Source: a virus. Taken from it: a stretch of 64,000 nucleotides of DNA. The position numbers and the translations under genes were made by a program. The notes below the pieces were generated by a model. It ran no database searches and was not told the DNA's origin. It saw only the letters and a list, made by a program, of their open reading frames with translations. Below, one piece after another: positions 20,901 through 30,639 of the stretch (the stretch's first letter is position 1; every line of letters begins with the position of its first letter). Location: the IMG/VR virus record IMGVR_UViG_3300047667_000558, positions 2,278 to 66,277 of that record. One strand, written 5' to 3'.

Positions 20901-23900
20901 AACTGGTCAGATACTACAGCCTATGTAAAAGGTGATCGTATCCGTCGCTACGGTAATGTGTATAGATTAGCAGTGGATACTACAGGCCTGACTGATGTCG
21001 AAGCGGATGTCGTCATTCGCGGCACACAACAATACCCACAGGTGGCAAACGGACAAACATTTATTGCTAACGGCACCACAGTGTTGTTTGACAAGAAAAA
21101 CACATCTATTTCATATGACCCGATTATTGTAAATGGTTCTGCTATTTCCCCCACAGTTCCTAGTGGTTCAACTATGCCATTAAATGGTGTGAGTGTTAAC
21201 TTTATTAAAACTGCGCAACAAACGACATATAGTGATATTGTGTTGGACGGCAATGTAACTAACCCATTAATCACCAATGAAAACGGAAAGGTGTTTACTG
21301 TTTATTATGCAAACACATCCGCTGCGTCATTGACCTCAATTAACGTGCCATTTGATGAGCTTAAAACTACAATGATTATGCAGCAAATATGGCGGGACGC
21401 ACTGTTGGCAGCAGGTGCCACCAATACAGCAAATGCTAGAATTGTCGCACTAGAGGAATTACGCAATGACTATATCACTGGCGCAGGTAACACTGTAAGC
21501 GCGTGGGAAACATTCATTAGTGATTACTATGACTTGGCCCCTAACCCTGACTTATATGTTAATCCAGAATACATGGGTATTCAAGTTGCTGCCAATTTAG
21601 GCGCAGCATGGGAAATTGCTGCTCGCGCTCTAATCCAAATAGACTTGGACTTGCTGACGGAACTAGGAGCAACACACACTGAAACTGAGACAACAATAGT
21701 TTCTGGTCGTGGGTCATTCAATAATGCAGTCACATTCGACGCAGACATGTCTACGGTCAATACCCTATTAGACTTTGGTAATACCGCCACTGACGCAAAC
21801 GAAAATCTACAAGCGTTCCGTGACTATGTGATCTCAAATGGCAGCACCACAATAACCACCGGACAATCAATTACAGTGCCACACCCGACTGATTATGTAA
21901 TTGACGATCTCGCAGCAATCGAAACTAAGATTTCGGATGCGTTGACACTGGCATCCGCGCCAGCAACCATCACGGTGTCAGTTGTTGGTGATATAATCAC
22001 ATTATCACGAACAAGCAATGACGTTGGCTTTCGCCTCGGCGCGTCAACCTTTGGGGAATTGGGCTTCCTTTCTATTGATAACGATGTAGAATCCTCCGGC
22101 ACCATCACTACTGCTCCGGCTGACCTGACTCTTGCTGAGGCCGTCCTAGCAGTCAATAACGCTGGAATCGCAGGTGTCGCGGCACAATCAGCAAACAATC
22201 GCATGCGTATCACGTGTAACACCGAACAACTTGTAATTGGTGCTGGATCAGGTACCAATGCCCTTGGTTTCAATCTGGGACTGATCAACGCGACAACTAA
22301 TACAACTACAGTGCCAGTTGATCTTGCTATCGGTGATATTGTCACCCAAATCAACGCAGCACCAATTACAAACCTGATAGCTACCCAAGTTGAGGGCGCG
22401 TTGATCTTGACATATACGGGAACTTCTCTGGTTATTGGTGACGGCACAGCCAACACAGAAATAGGCATAATCGCAAACACATATACAGGATTTACGTCTG
22501 AAAATCAAAACACATTCTTAGTCACAGATTGGGAAATTGTGCAAGACCCAGCACACTTTAATGTATGGACAATCGATAACATCGGCAGTAATCCGCGCAC
22601 GTTGATCACAACGACCAATCGTTACGACGTATTACAAACATTGGATTTTAGAATTGGTGTACTTGAAATATGTGCAGGTGATGAATCAGGGGACGACGCC
22701 CTTATTAAATGTGATGCAATTACCACGCTAGCTGTAGGTGAATATGTATTGATTATCAATTCGACGTGTATTCCCAGTATAGACGGTATTCACCAAGTAA
22801 CCCGTTTAATGGGCACCGCAGGATTCTTCATTGATCAATATATTGAGCAAAAGGGCTTTACTGGCAAAGTATTGCCGTTGCGTAGCGTGCGTTTCCCCAA
22901 CACAACTGTTGCAAACGCCGCCATGCTTGACACTAACTATATCCAAGATGGACTGGGCTTGCGATCAGGTGATTATGTGTATGTAGATGAGCGTCTGGAC
23001 ACAAATGCTAATAGTCTAGGACACGGTGCCGTATACACGGTGCAACGTAGCGTCAGTGGTGCCGCATTGGTTCATCTACGTGATGAGACGGGCAAAACCG
23101 ATAACTCGCAAATTAAAAACGGCACACTTTACAATAACATAACTGGCGAAACTGTAATTAATTTTGAGGTATATGACCCACTAAAAGGCATTATCCCTGG
23201 CGTCGCAGGCCGCGAGATTGATATCCGCAGTGATGCCGACTTTGCATACTATAATAACTCTACCGATCCTGTCCTAGAGCTACGTGAGAAAAATGCATGG
23301 GGCGCTTCACAGGTTGGAAAAGTATGGTGGGACTTGAGTAATGCAATCTATTTAAATTATGACCAGCATACAACAGAGTATCGACAAACACATTGGGGCG
23401 AACTATTCCCCACTGCTACTATTGATGTGTATGAATGGACCAAGAGTCCGGTCACGCCAGATGCATACCAAGATGCTGTAAATTCGGGAATTATTATTGA
23501 CGGCAATGAACTCACTGGGGTGGCATACGCTATTATAGACCAATTTGGTGAAGCACAATATAATTGGTGTGAATCTGCTGAGGTAAATATCAACACCAAC
23601 CAAATCGACATTTACTTTTATTTCTGGGTTAGCCGTAAAACGACAACTCCGACGATTGCCAGAGAATATAGTATCTTGCAAATAGCTGCGGTTATTGGCG
23701 ATCCAACCACACAACAAGTCGACTGGATTGCAGCCACTAGTGCAAATACTGTACTGGTCAGCAGTCTCACACGTTCTGTTGTTCATGACAATCTGGTTAT
23801 GCAGATTAATTTCGACAAAGGCGACGCAAATTATCATCAGGAATTTGCGTTACTGGCTGAAAATGATCCGGCGTTGGTTATCCCAGAATGGCTGCATATT

Positions 23901-25712
23901 AGTCTGCGTGACAGTCTTGCAGGGTTTACCCAACAGACTGAAACTGTGAACTACACTCAGTGGGGGTCTGTTCCGTCTTACACACCCGGCGATGTAGTTC
24001 TCAGTTTAGCTGGCAACTATTTCCGCAATCATATTGCGTCAACTAATAATGACCCCGACGCTGATACAGATAATAATCATTGGATATTGTTGGAGTTTAA
24101 CGAAAATAATCCGGATGGTGTATATACGGGCAATGATACAGTGAGCGTAAATATTCCGCGAAGTATACCTGATCTTAACTTACATCCATCTGTGCGATAT
24201 GGCGTAGAAACCCGCCCACATCAGACATGGTTTGTCAATATAAGCAATGCCCGTAAAGCAGTGGTTGAAAAGATCAATAGCCAATTCATTGCCATTAATT
24301 TGGTTGACAGTGATATACCATGGAGCGAAGAATTTGAACGCATATTTACTGTCGGCAGCGTCGATTATGATATTACACAATATTGGAATTTTTATGATTG
24401 GTCAATTGCAGGCTATGTGTTTGACTCAACAGTAGGTGATTATTTTGTCGAACATGTATCAGACTTGGCCGCATTGACTCCAACAACTGATCAAATAGCA
24501 CAAGTTGAACGAAGCAACGACTTAGATGGTCGCCCCCGTCGCAGTGCATGGCAATATTCAGATGGCACATGGTCACTTGTTTACAAAGAAAAGGCTACTA
24601 TTCAATTCAATTCTCTGTTATGGAATCATACATCTGGTCAAGCAGGTTGGGATACTATTGGTTGGGATACTGCGGAATGGGACAGAAGTGCCAGTGCCGT
24701 TATGGTAGAAATTTTCAATAGTTTCTACACCAGTATTTGGACACAAGAATATCGTGGCTTGTATGCTGACATTTGGTTCTACATGGCCAAGCATGTGTTA
24801 GGCGAACAGAATGAAGTAGACTGGATATTCAAAACTAGCTATTTTAAATTGATTGTCGAAGATAAACTTGAAAAGCAATATAACAAGTATTTCACAGAAC
24901 ATACTGACGACTTCTTTGACTTTGTTAACACAATTAAGCCATTCCATAGTAAACTACGTGATGGCATTGTGCGCAAACTTGCAGACGAGACTTATGACGC
25001 TATTGCACTTGATACTGCGGAAATTCGTGTACAGACTAATCCATCTGGCTCCACAATAGATGAGATATCAACTCGCTCATTCCGAATTCATGTTGGCACA
25101 GATAGGTCTAACTATGCAAGTCAAATTGTAGACTCAAACAAAATGCTACTAGGAAGTAACATCAGTCCAACCAGTACATTCATACCATACCTTAAAATTG
25201 GCGACGGTACAATCGCAAATAGTGGTGCAATTTGGATTAATGGCGAACGTATTGAATTTACTGGAAAAACTGTGTTCGGTACAGCGCCTATTGTCAGTGG
25301 ATTCAGTACAGGTTTCAGTGACGGCTTTAACGGTCTAGAAATGCTAACAGGCGTAACGCGCGGCACACAAGGAACATTTGCACGTAGTCATAGCTTTGCT
25401 GATATCATCGAAGATGAAACAACCCATGAATTAACTGAAAATACGACCTTGAATAATTATGGTGGCTTTACCGATGGTGTCGGAACAAACCTAAGCCCAG
25501 CTTGGAATGAACTCGGCAACAGTCTGCTCGACGGAAGTAACGCAAGTCCTAACGCAATTGCAATTCGCGCAGACGGGTTTGGCACAATTGATCCATACGG
25601 CAATATACAGCATGCGCAATGGTTTGCACGACAAGAAACAACAGAAACAATTGCATTATTTCAACTAGAACTGCAAGAATTATTCGATCTAATGGCAGCA
25701 GAATGGACATGA
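14994..25712 (+). CDS. Giant baseplate wedge/structural protein (gp7-like position), ~3,572 aa
   Basis: Single 10.7-kb ORF after gp6. Motifs include NYQFQPG, DRP.THPWEMLG, EEWMVR.G.FG, YDPLKGIIPG, VGKVWWD, DWIFKTSY and KPFHSKLR, plus CBM5/12-like segments (WSDTTAYVKGD, WGSVPSYTPGD). Confidence 0.85.
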   Translation: MAIDYRARPTDAKNFTTSSEVNLTQDFQDYSEFLPAINRTESLQNFFGATVNQLLSSGSTQSIDAYWGRLSGRNYNPENELFQPENSATRLNYQFQPGVVSRLAGKPQQTTSYVNWLNRLESLGADVNNHDRLFSEQGYVLDLPINADMFTNHHNYYWLEGDIPLIEIELGGPDTFDIDKIPAKSQHTTAILSNHRTVEFVTGLRVKFIGTNIISTSGNYPVDSIYYVENVGGKGGIKLIEIENAAGDILFPTITPYYIEHTTDWNLATHDPTVPDDNYSLNKTYTVMERWASDKNPWARTNHWFSIHAIQIAVEFNNLSLEVYANKFNRSSRPIIEFNANMELTQTCKNYVENVDYVVSSAQMTAMTGESEYYIDDDYTLEDGDIVLAVTLAADNVGPFSTSFGGAYGTAYTPSESAFDSNYNDAYGNRDDSSIYAESYTVSGVGSSIQLTQKTAFNLDDYVLVNKGSEIGYVYCLIAKGWEIGQNKHNNGTAPLFILYDEHNVSLNDFPTTDFAGDTIFSYATSLTGAYDRELGIRPDFTNSGTFGNYNFDWTLNNNRYNQNVTVVSREEIRGLYYFRNWVDDAYYNGWSNIVGGQRVPIIQTQVSDGINNIVFELGTDAISKSTEYTVAMVEGQLRWYTNNYIDRTAIGYDNPELIMKHDTNYTFNDLIFDDASKLEMVDPYGNADANITYGGPDTVKTFSVAAAYEYDTVVYRRADDPSVSGEIFITDANHNSYEVIKNGQRLIDGSDFTFSGTQITLTDILAENDVVELSYVANTDMSNVVYDVAPVHFYNSENTPFSTAGYDDINKHLSSQLSALPGFTGDVNGLNNYHQTLRQHTHGGIIRQQIFETKKIQYLLDQEDINPIRALKSFSRDYADFKQFFKNKVQQLWTTRSWDTVQSLVNQALSDINIGKNATFKYANSDMLYYTQAQSVTHPMPQFASTKFSLPRTRNQYGDTQNHVNVWLTDYDVATDSSVQRPLTVNIDYTIAGQELTLLTTVNVPASLTIKWYDHTQTSNVPFSAVKLGFIAPTQVEVIGGELIGHDSSRHTLTGSDLLNMDSVDFDVVGAALWDFELRIFNNLVDAHFVNETVGQSMATLYPAAARNVGYTVADINTRLDDWYNRWAVRNFVTDIDTVDYDAADEFTWNYSSVGPNLGSWRSLYVFTFGTDRPDTHPWEMLGHNVKPSWWDTHYSWTTGAKRNSLEQAVQYGITGNKFGPSKVDLRYAHPTFDKYTYDIVSGDGNDTLFGPVTAGVVPAPSSLDAAKDFVFGDWSEVENVWRKSSEYPFALAEVLLQLKPYRTHGTFWQLGRWDVRTNVTQEQWIDTETCNRTHISEIHNELIADGIIDHISVVNGGENYDSLDIEFKADKICYRNATAIAYTDGNAVTSVAVTNPGRGFENDPTTVHASSGTGVELEFILDFAHTVTRLGFNTLPAEEYAVNSENTNALSTALTNLEINYMLHVGGYTDKRILQIEVDGNYNSGLIRIPESSYDILIDRNAPTNVLFYSGVKIEKITSGGYRVSGYDLDSKFFNFLRPSNSGKQVAVDIGNTEVTKHFNWHNEIIRVPYNTIISKRQELYQFLLGMGKYYETLGFDVYNRWEVEAYSAIIWSLDSNSIDPHHVNGIDTTLTYKQGTHGVVQTVDVNYDGVSNVLDADFKNIRRTELLVLRNNDSTEYSLKSDTDRICGLGVRVVEFEHIIVLNNTTVFNDPIYQPEIGIGLNRVHLVGERTRNWNGRVEAPGYLVQDSGLVLNLESSVHELETESVTSESKALERLTRQTIGYNVGYTKPTYMSNMFVNDNSAYRFEKGVREYKGTAIAIQAMTRNKNIFGSSFEHEIYEEWMVRLGDFGDVSERNPVQFAVQPDKIKSDPQHFRINNVFTSDKSEDLIIDLHKGSADSISGNYESPFSTYDTLRLDNTSISALEQYQPFMRDAGLPLIDEIDYYLGSVDDVGTVYDPTEEYALIPNWSDTTAYVKGDRIRRYGNVYRLAVDTTGLTDVEADVVIRGTQQYPQVANGQTFIANGTTVLFDKKNTSISYDPIIVNGSAISPTVPSGSTMPLNGVSVNFIKTAQQTTYSDIVLDGNVTNPLITNENGKVFTVYYANTSAASLTSINVPFDELKTTMIMQQIWRDALLAAGATNTANARIVALEELRNDYITGAGNTVSAWETFISDYYDLAPNPDLYVNPEYMGIQVAANLGAAWEIAARALIQIDLDLLTELGATHTETETTIVSGRGSFNNAVTFDADMSTVNTLLDFGNTATDANENLQAFRDYVISNGSTTITTGQSITVPHPTDYVIDDLAAIETKISDALTLASAPATITVSVVGDIITLSRTSNDVGFRLGASTFGELGFLSIDNDVESSGTITTAPADLTLAEAVLAVNNAGIAGVAAQSANNRMRITCNTEQLVIGAGSGTNALGFNLGLINATTNTTTVPVDLAIGDIVTQINAAPITNLIATQVEGALILTYTGTSLVIGDGTANTEIGIIANTYTGFTSENQNTFLVTDWEIVQDPAHFNVWTIDNIGSNPRTLITTTNRYDVLQTLDFRIGVLEICAGDESGDDALIKCDAITTLAVGEYVLIINSTCIPSIDGIHQVTRLMGTAGFFIDQYIEQKGFTGKVLPLRSVRFPNTTVANAAMLDTNYIQDGLGLRSGDYVYVDERLDTNANSLGHGAVYTVQRSVSGAALVHLRDETGKTDNSQIKNGTLYNNITGETVINFEVYDPLKGIIPGVAGREIDIRSDADFAYYNNSTDPVLELREKNAWGASQVGKVWWDLSNAIYLNYDQHTTEYRQTHWGELFPTATIDVYEWTKSPVTPDAYQDAVNSGIIIDGNELTGVAYAIIDQFGEAQYNWCESAEVNINTNQIDIYFYFWVSRKTTTPTIAREYSILQIAAVIGDPTTQQVDWIAATSANTVLVSSLTRSVVHDNLVMQINFDKGDANYHQEFALLAENDPALVIPEWLHISLRDSLAGFTQQTETVNYTQWGSVPSYTPGDVVLSLAGNYFRNHIASTNNDPDADTDNNHWILLEFNENNPDGVYTGNDTVSVNIPRSIPDLNLHPSVRYGVETRPHQTWFVNISNARKAVVEKINSQFIAINLVDSDIPWSEEFERIFTVGSVDYDITQYWNFYDWSIAGYVFDSTVGDYFVEHVSDLAALTPTTDQIAQVERSNDLDGRPRRSAWQYSDGTWSLVYKEKATIQFNSLLWNHTSGQAGWDTIGWDTAEWDRSASAVMVEIFNSFYTSIWTQEYRGLYADIWFYMAKHVLGEQNEVDWIFKTSYFKLIVEDKLEKQYNKYFTEHTDDFFDFVNTIKPFHSKLRDGIVRKLADETYDAIALDTAEIRVQTNPSGSTIDEISTRSFRIHVGTDRSNYASQIVDSNKMLLGSNISPTSTFIPYLKIGDGTIANSGAIWINGERIEFTGKTVFGTAPIVSGFSTGFSDGFNGLEMLTGVTRGTQGTFARSHSFADIIEDETTHELTENTTLNNYGGFTDGVGTNLSPAWNELGNSLLDGSNASPNAIAIRADGFGTIDPYGNIQHAQWFARQETTETIALFQLELQELFDLMAAEWT

Positions 25713-25727
25713 TGTGTCGGTAATACT

Positions 25728-25735
25728 GATAAATA
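25728..25735 (+). promoter_or_regulatory. Putative late promoter, fibre cassette 1
   Basis: GATAAATA, followed by an AGGA RBS before the ATG at 25759. Confidence 0.6.
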
Positions 25736-25758
25736 ATATGAACGCATAGGATAAAGAA

Positions 25759-26910
25759 ATGGCAGTAAACACACTTAATCAGCTACTTACATTGCTTGAT
25801 TTGGCTGACCAAGATGTAACAATTCTTGGCGCGATATCGAATGACTCCGCAACTGCTACTGGCAGCGGCAATGGACCAGGATTGGTGACAACGCGCAATG
25901 GCGACAATGTTAAAAACGTTCAAAAGGTTATTGCTGACATTAACAATGGCATCACAACTGGCATCCGCACGGAAATTCAATATGATGGTGTCACTCTTCT
26001 TGACCATGCGGCAGCATTAAATTTCAATGGCAACTCTATGACTGTCCAAGACATCGGCGGCGTTGCAACCATCACCATTAATAGTGAAATTACTATAGCA
26101 GGCACGCCAGTCACCAATCAAATTGGTATTTGGACAGATGGTGTTACACTTGAAGGCAACGCAGGCCTTACATGGGATGGATCAGAGCTTACGGTGACTG
26201 GCACGGTTAATGGCCGTGATATTGCAGTAGATGGCACAGCACTTGACAATATTGTCGCATCAGCTTTGATATCGGCTGATAACCTTTCAGATTTGGACAA
26301 TTTGGCAACGGCAAAAACCAACCTAGGGATTGATGTAGCAGAAGCTAGTGTTGCATCTGCTACGACAGCCGACTTAGGTGCAGAAACTGCCGACAATGTG
26401 TTAATCACTGGTACGACACCTATAATCTCATTTGGCCCTGCGGCGGCAGGTATTACTCGTAAAGGGCGTTTCACAGACGCACTAACCCTCACATATAATG
26501 CTGTATCACTGATCTTGCCAGGTTTGACAGATATCACCACATCTGCCAACAGCACATTTGAAGCCCTAAGTCTTGGTGGGGGTAACTGGATCGTTACCAA
26601 ATATCAAAAAGCAAATGGACTGGGGTTAGATTCGTGGCTCCTCACATCTGCTAATTACACAGCTTCTACTGGTGAAAAGATTGCAGCCAACATGTCAGGA
26701 TCAGCATGGACACTAACACTTCCTGCAAGCCCTAGTGCAGGCTCTTATGTTCATCTAATACTAATTGAAGGTGACGCGTCAATTAACAATCTCACAGTCA
26801 ATGGCAATGGTAACACTGTCCAAGGGGATGCGACGTTAATTGTAGACGTCAATACTCTGCCACTAGCCCTATCGTTTATTTACAATTTAACTGAATGGAA
26901 CATTATATAA
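25759..26910 (+). CDS. Tail/virion fibre protein, cassette 1
   Basis: Shaft motifs; ASATT.DLG...ITGTT...LILPG domain shared with 32090; C-terminal TLTLPASP adaptor-type domain. Confidence 0.75.
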   Translation: MAVNTLNQLLTLLDLADQDVTILGAISNDSATATGSGNGPGLVTTRNGDNVKNVQKVIADINNGITTGIRTEIQYDGVTLLDHAAALNFNGNSMTVQDIGGVATITINSEITIAGTPVTNQIGIWTDGVTLEGNAGLTWDGSELTVTGTVNGRDIAVDGTALDNIVASALISADNLSDLDNLATAKTNLGIDVAEASVASATTADLGAETADNVLITGTTPIISFGPAAAGITRKGRFTDALTLTYNAVSLILPGLTDITTSANSTFEALSLGGGNWIVTKYQKANGLGLDSWLLTSANYTASTGEKIAANMSGSAWTLTLPASPSAGSYVHLILIEGDASINNLTVNGNGNTVQGDATLIVDVNTLPLALSFIYNLTEWNII

Positions 26911-28283
26911 TGTCAACACTTACATCTTTAATTAACGCTGCAATCCCCGCTGCTGGCGGATCGACGCCAAAGGTATTCTTTAACGGCGCATTAACGTCTA
27001 CAGACCTCACCGGATTAGACACGTGGACGTTGTTCACTAACGACGCAAAAACTACAGCAGTCATTGAGGCGGTCCAAGTAGATGGCACTATTGGTCCATT
27101 TAATGCAGATGGAGCTACCGTTGCCGGAAATTTCATCAACGACAGTGTCGTGATTGGTGCAACAAGCAATTTGGAAGGCAGTGAAATTACTGCACCAAGT
27201 ACAACGTTGACCGTCAAACTTAGCGTGCCTCTCGAACTCACAGATTTTAATTACTACGAGCAAGGGGGTAAAGATACTATAATTAATAGCACCACATCTA
27301 TCTATTATGCTACAAAAAGTGATCTTACTATCACGTCGCCATCCTATTATGCAATCAACCAAACTGAAGAACAACTGATTGTCAAATACTTTGATGCGCT
27401 CTATGATGGTGTAAAGACGGAAACAAGTGGTGAACAAACTGTACCAACTATGAATGAACCTCGCTGGTATTATGCCACAGATAATGATGCTTATTATTTC
27501 TATTCAACTGGCGATTCCCTCACGTATCTATATCATGCCAGCGTCGGCGCAGGCGTGGTGGGATCATGGTCTACGATTTCTACTACCAATTACGCTTACA
27601 TGGCACTGGATATAGAAAAGAAAAAGGTGTTCTACACCCATTCAAGCAACATTTACGAATGGGACCTAGTCACTGATACGGGAACCACACTTAAAACAGG
27701 TGGCGTAACTGCCACCAGCACCAACACTACAGCAGGTGCAGCAAACGGAGTGTTTTTCTATGGAGTTAGTACTAGTAATGAAACAAACCTATACTATTAC
27801 GATACTAATACCAGTGAATATGGGGTCGTACCTGTCCCAACTCAATTTCAATTGGGCACCGACCCACACTGCGGTGTGTGCTACAATCCCGATGAAAACA
27901 AGTTTTATGTGTCTATTGGATACAACACGGCTTCCTATATATACGCTATCGACTGGACAACTAAAGTAGCTGTCTATCTAGGCCCCTCGTCCGTAGTATA
28001 TCCTAATAATTTAACCAGCATGTATGCTATGCTAGGGAACGATCAAGGGGAGATGTTCATACACTCAAATACTGCAAACTTACAGATTATCAAATTTGCG
28101 AACAACGTCGCAACCGTACAAGAGGAAATTGCCTCGATAAATGGCCAAGCCAATCCTAACTCGAATAGTGCATGGTATCGTGAATTCGTCGTTACCGCGC
28201 CACAGACTGTAACCCTCGCGGTTGAAGATTACGATGTTAATTTCAAGTGCAAAGTATCCGGCACAGAATACAGGAGCGTATAA
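26910..28283 (+). CDS. Putative fibre tip/adhesin with beta-propeller-like, Tyr-rich repeats
   Basis: TAATG coupling to the fibre gene; beta-rich aromatic sequence. Confidence 0.6.
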   Translation: MSTLTSLINAAIPAAGGSTPKVFFNGALTSTDLTGLDTWTLFTNDAKTTAVIEAVQVDGTIGPFNADGATVAGNFINDSVVIGATSNLEGSEITAPSTTLTVKLSVPLELTDFNYYEQGGKDTIINSTTSIYYATKSDLTITSPSYYAINQTEEQLIVKYFDALYDGVKTETSGEQTVPTMNEPRWYYATDNDAYYFYSTGDSLTYLYHASVGAGVVGSWSTISTTNYAYMALDIEKKKVFYTHSSNIYEWDLVTDTGTTLKTGGVTATSTNTTAGAANGVFFYGVSTSNETNLYYYDTNTSEYGVVPVPTQFQLGTDPHCGVCYNPDENKFYVSIGYNTASYIYAIDWTTKVAVYLGPSSVVYPNNLTSMYAMLGNDQGEMFIHSNTANLQIIKFANNVATVQEEIASINGQANPNSNSAWYREFVVTAPQTVTLAVEDYDVNFKCKVSGTEYRSV

Positions 28284-28284
28284 T

Positions 28285-29133
28285 ATGTTAAGAAGCAGAA
28301 GTGCAAATTCTGGGTTGGCGGCACCAGGTCAAGCCCAAGGCCAAGTGACACTAGTACCGGATGATTCAGTTAATATCATTGGTTCTGTAATCAGTAACTC
28401 TGCCCGAAATAACGTATATTCAACAGGTGAATGGTCTAGCACTGGTCCTTGGACAACTTATTACCACTCTTGGCAGGATGCCAATTCAATCACTCAAGGT
28501 TTTAATATGTTTATGGGTGATGGTCATCCTGATGGTACTTCACAATTTATGTATGTAAACGATGGTGAAAACGCAATGACCCGTAACAGGGAATATGCGC
28601 ATGGCTACCGTCTTGGTAATATGTATAAAGACTATTTTTATTATGACAACATTACTTCCAATTACGGTGGTGTTTCTTGGAGATGTACCCCTGTTCGTAA
28701 CACTACAGGTGCGCAAATTACCAGAACTCTAAACACCTATTTGTCAGCTGTGGATAGTACTTACGGTGGTAGTGCTATTGCAGTTTATACCCCGAACTCT
28801 AATACATATGCAACCACGACAGGTGGTGCATGGACAACGCCATGGTCTGGCGGTTCCGGCACGAACGCAGCAACGTATAACGGTAGCATAACCATTCCAG
28901 CTAACACTACTGTTCTTGTTTTTACAACCAGCTGTCATCGGTATAATACCACGTATAGGTTTAAAGACAGCAACATGTTATATAACCTTGCCACGTTTTT
29001 TGACGGTGATCTGCTATGTGATCTACGAATGTTAGAAACAGTAGCCACAGCCAGACTTGAAGGCGCGACTTACACAAACGCTGTACCACATAAATTATAT
29101 ACTGTATGTGCAGCTTTACAGGGAGACAGATAA
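28285..29133 (+). CDS. Hypothetical fibre-associated beta-rich protein
   Basis: AGGAG RBS; start MLRSRSA at 28285. Confidence 0.65.
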   Translation: MLRSRSANSGLAAPGQAQGQVTLVPDDSVNIIGSVISNSARNNVYSTGEWSSTGPWTTYYHSWQDANSITQGFNMFMGDGHPDGTSQFMYVNDGENAMTRNREYAHGYRLGNMYKDYFYYDNITSNYGGVSWRCTPVRNTTGAQITRTLNTYLSAVDSTYGGSAIAVYTPNSNTYATTTGGAWTTPWSGGSGTNAATYNGSITIPANTTVLVFTTSCHRYNTTYRFKDSNMLYNLATFFDGDLLCDLRMLETVATARLEGATYTNAVPHKLYTVCAALQGDR

Positions 29134-29135
29134 TT

Positions 29136-29390
29136 ATGAACTTTCCAGATGAAACACACCTACCTCATATTCAGTCGCAGATTGTTGACGGTGTTAAACG
29201 CGACACTTGTGATGAAATTCTTGCTGCCTACAGTATCTCTGATCAGCTAAATGCAACAGGTACTGAAAAGACCGCAATGCAAACCGCAATTGGTGAAATG
29301 ATTTCTGAGGGGAAGGCAAAGCAGGATGCTGTTCTCGCAGCTACTACTTTTGCAGAACTTAACGAAATTGTTCCAATGAACGAAGAATAA
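29136..29390 (+). CDS. Small fibre assembly chaperone-like protein
   Basis: I.AAYS...QLN and C-terminal AATT.AEL..I pattern typical of fibre chaperones; last gene of cassette 1. Confidence 0.55.
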   Translation: MNFPDETHLPHIQSQIVDGVKRDTCDEILAAYSISDQLNATGTEKTAMQTAIGEMISEGKAKQDAVLAATTFAELNEIVPMNEE

Positions 29391-29415
29391 ATACCATAAG
29401 ACATAAGGAAAGTCA

Positions 29416-30639
29416 ATGACTGAAACAAATAGAGACACCCTTAAAGGGGACATTGCAACCAACTTACCCGATAACTCGACAGGTGAAATTTCACCCGCTG
29501 ATATCCGCAATGAATTAGTTAAATTGACAGATAGTGTACCGTTTAAATATACATCGCAAACAATTCCACCAGTTGCAGACGACGATATTAATGGCACTGC
29601 TGGTAATGGGTCATTTGGAATTGGCGACTCTTGGGTAGATGGTGCTTCTGGCATTATTTACATTTGTGCTGACAATACAGCTAACGCTGCAATTTGGCAA
29701 ATATCAGCCACTAACTTTGCCGTTATTGGTGATGGTGACGCTGCAATTAATCAAATTGCAATTTGGCAAGATGATTCAGTTGTAGTCGGCACGTCAGACT
29801 TTACATATGCTGCTGGTGTATTGGACGTAGAAGGAACAGTTGCAGCAACAGATTTTACAGGTGACGGCTCAGCATTAACTGGCGTTGCATCAAGCGCACA
29901 AGGTGCGTTGGCCGATACAGCTACCCAACCAGAAGACTTGGGCACGTCCGCAGTCGAAGATGTAGGCTATTTTGCAACCGCAGCACAAGGTGCGTTGGCC
30001 GATACAGCCACTCAGCCAGAAGATTTGGGCACAGCTGCAGTCGAAGATGTAGGCTATTTTGCAACCGCAGCACAAGGCGGAACAGCCGACACAGCATTAC
30101 AGCCTACAGGAGATGGAACACAGCTTACAGGTATCAGTTCTGCTCAAATCGGCTTAGGTAATGTAGATAATACTGCTGATACGACCAAACCTGTGTCTAC
30201 TGATCAACAAACTGCACTTGATTTAAAAGAGGATGCAGATGCAACAATATCCAAAACAGGTGTAGCTGAGATAAGAAGTGCTTCTATTGATATGAATGAT
30301 AACGTACTACAGGGTGCAGAAATTAAGGACTATGCAGAAACTGTAGTTGCAATGGCTGCTAGTGATATTGATTTGTCTGCTGGTAACGTACATACTATCG
30401 CAATCAGCGCGTCTGTGACACTTACATTCTCTAACCCACCAGTATCAGGCAAAGCTGGCGCATTCACATTGATTTGTACTATGAGTGGCGCACCAGTAAT
30501 TACATGGCCTGCTAGCGTGGCATGGCCCGCAGCCACCGCTCCTACGCTAAGTACATCAGGCAAAGATATATTCAGTTTTTTGACTACTGACGGCGGCTCA
30601 ACTTGGTATGGATTTGCGGCTGGATTAGGGTTAGCGTAA
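29416..30639 (+). CDS. Fibre protein, cassette 2 (MxETNR head)
   Basis: About 155-aa head shared with 32090 and 41573; AAQG repeats, GLGNVDNTAD.KPVS, and a C-terminal TWPASV...TTDGGSTWYG domain. TAAATA at 29388. Confidence 0.8.
   Translation: MTETNRDTLKGDIATNLPDNSTGEISPADIRNELVKLTDSVPFKYTSQTIPPVADDDINGTAGNGSFGIGDSWVDGASGIIYICADNTANAAIWQISATNFAVIGDGDAAINQIAIWQDDSVVVGTSDFTYAAGVLDVEGTVAATDFTGDGSALTGVASSAQGALADTATQPEDLGTSAVEDVGYFATAAQGALADTATQPEDLGTAAVEDVGYFATAAQGGTADTALQPTGDGTQLTGISSAQIGLGNVDNTADTTKPVSTDQQTALDLKEDADATISKTGVAEIRSASIDMNDNVLQGAEIKDYAETVVAMAASDIDLSAGNVHTIAISASVTLTFSNPPVSGKAGAFTLICTMSGAPVITWPASVAWPAATAPTLSTSGKDIFSFLTTDGGSTWYGFAAGLGLA
29896..30077 (+). repeat. Tandem 87-bp (29-aa) duplication in the fibre shaft
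   Basis: AQGALADTATQPEDLGT.AVEDVGYFATA occurs twice. Confidence 0.9.

Noticed and set aside
14994-25712. Intein or intron in the giant ORF
   Set aside because: The ORF is uninterrupted, and no intein splice-junction blocks or homing-endonuclease motifs were recognised.
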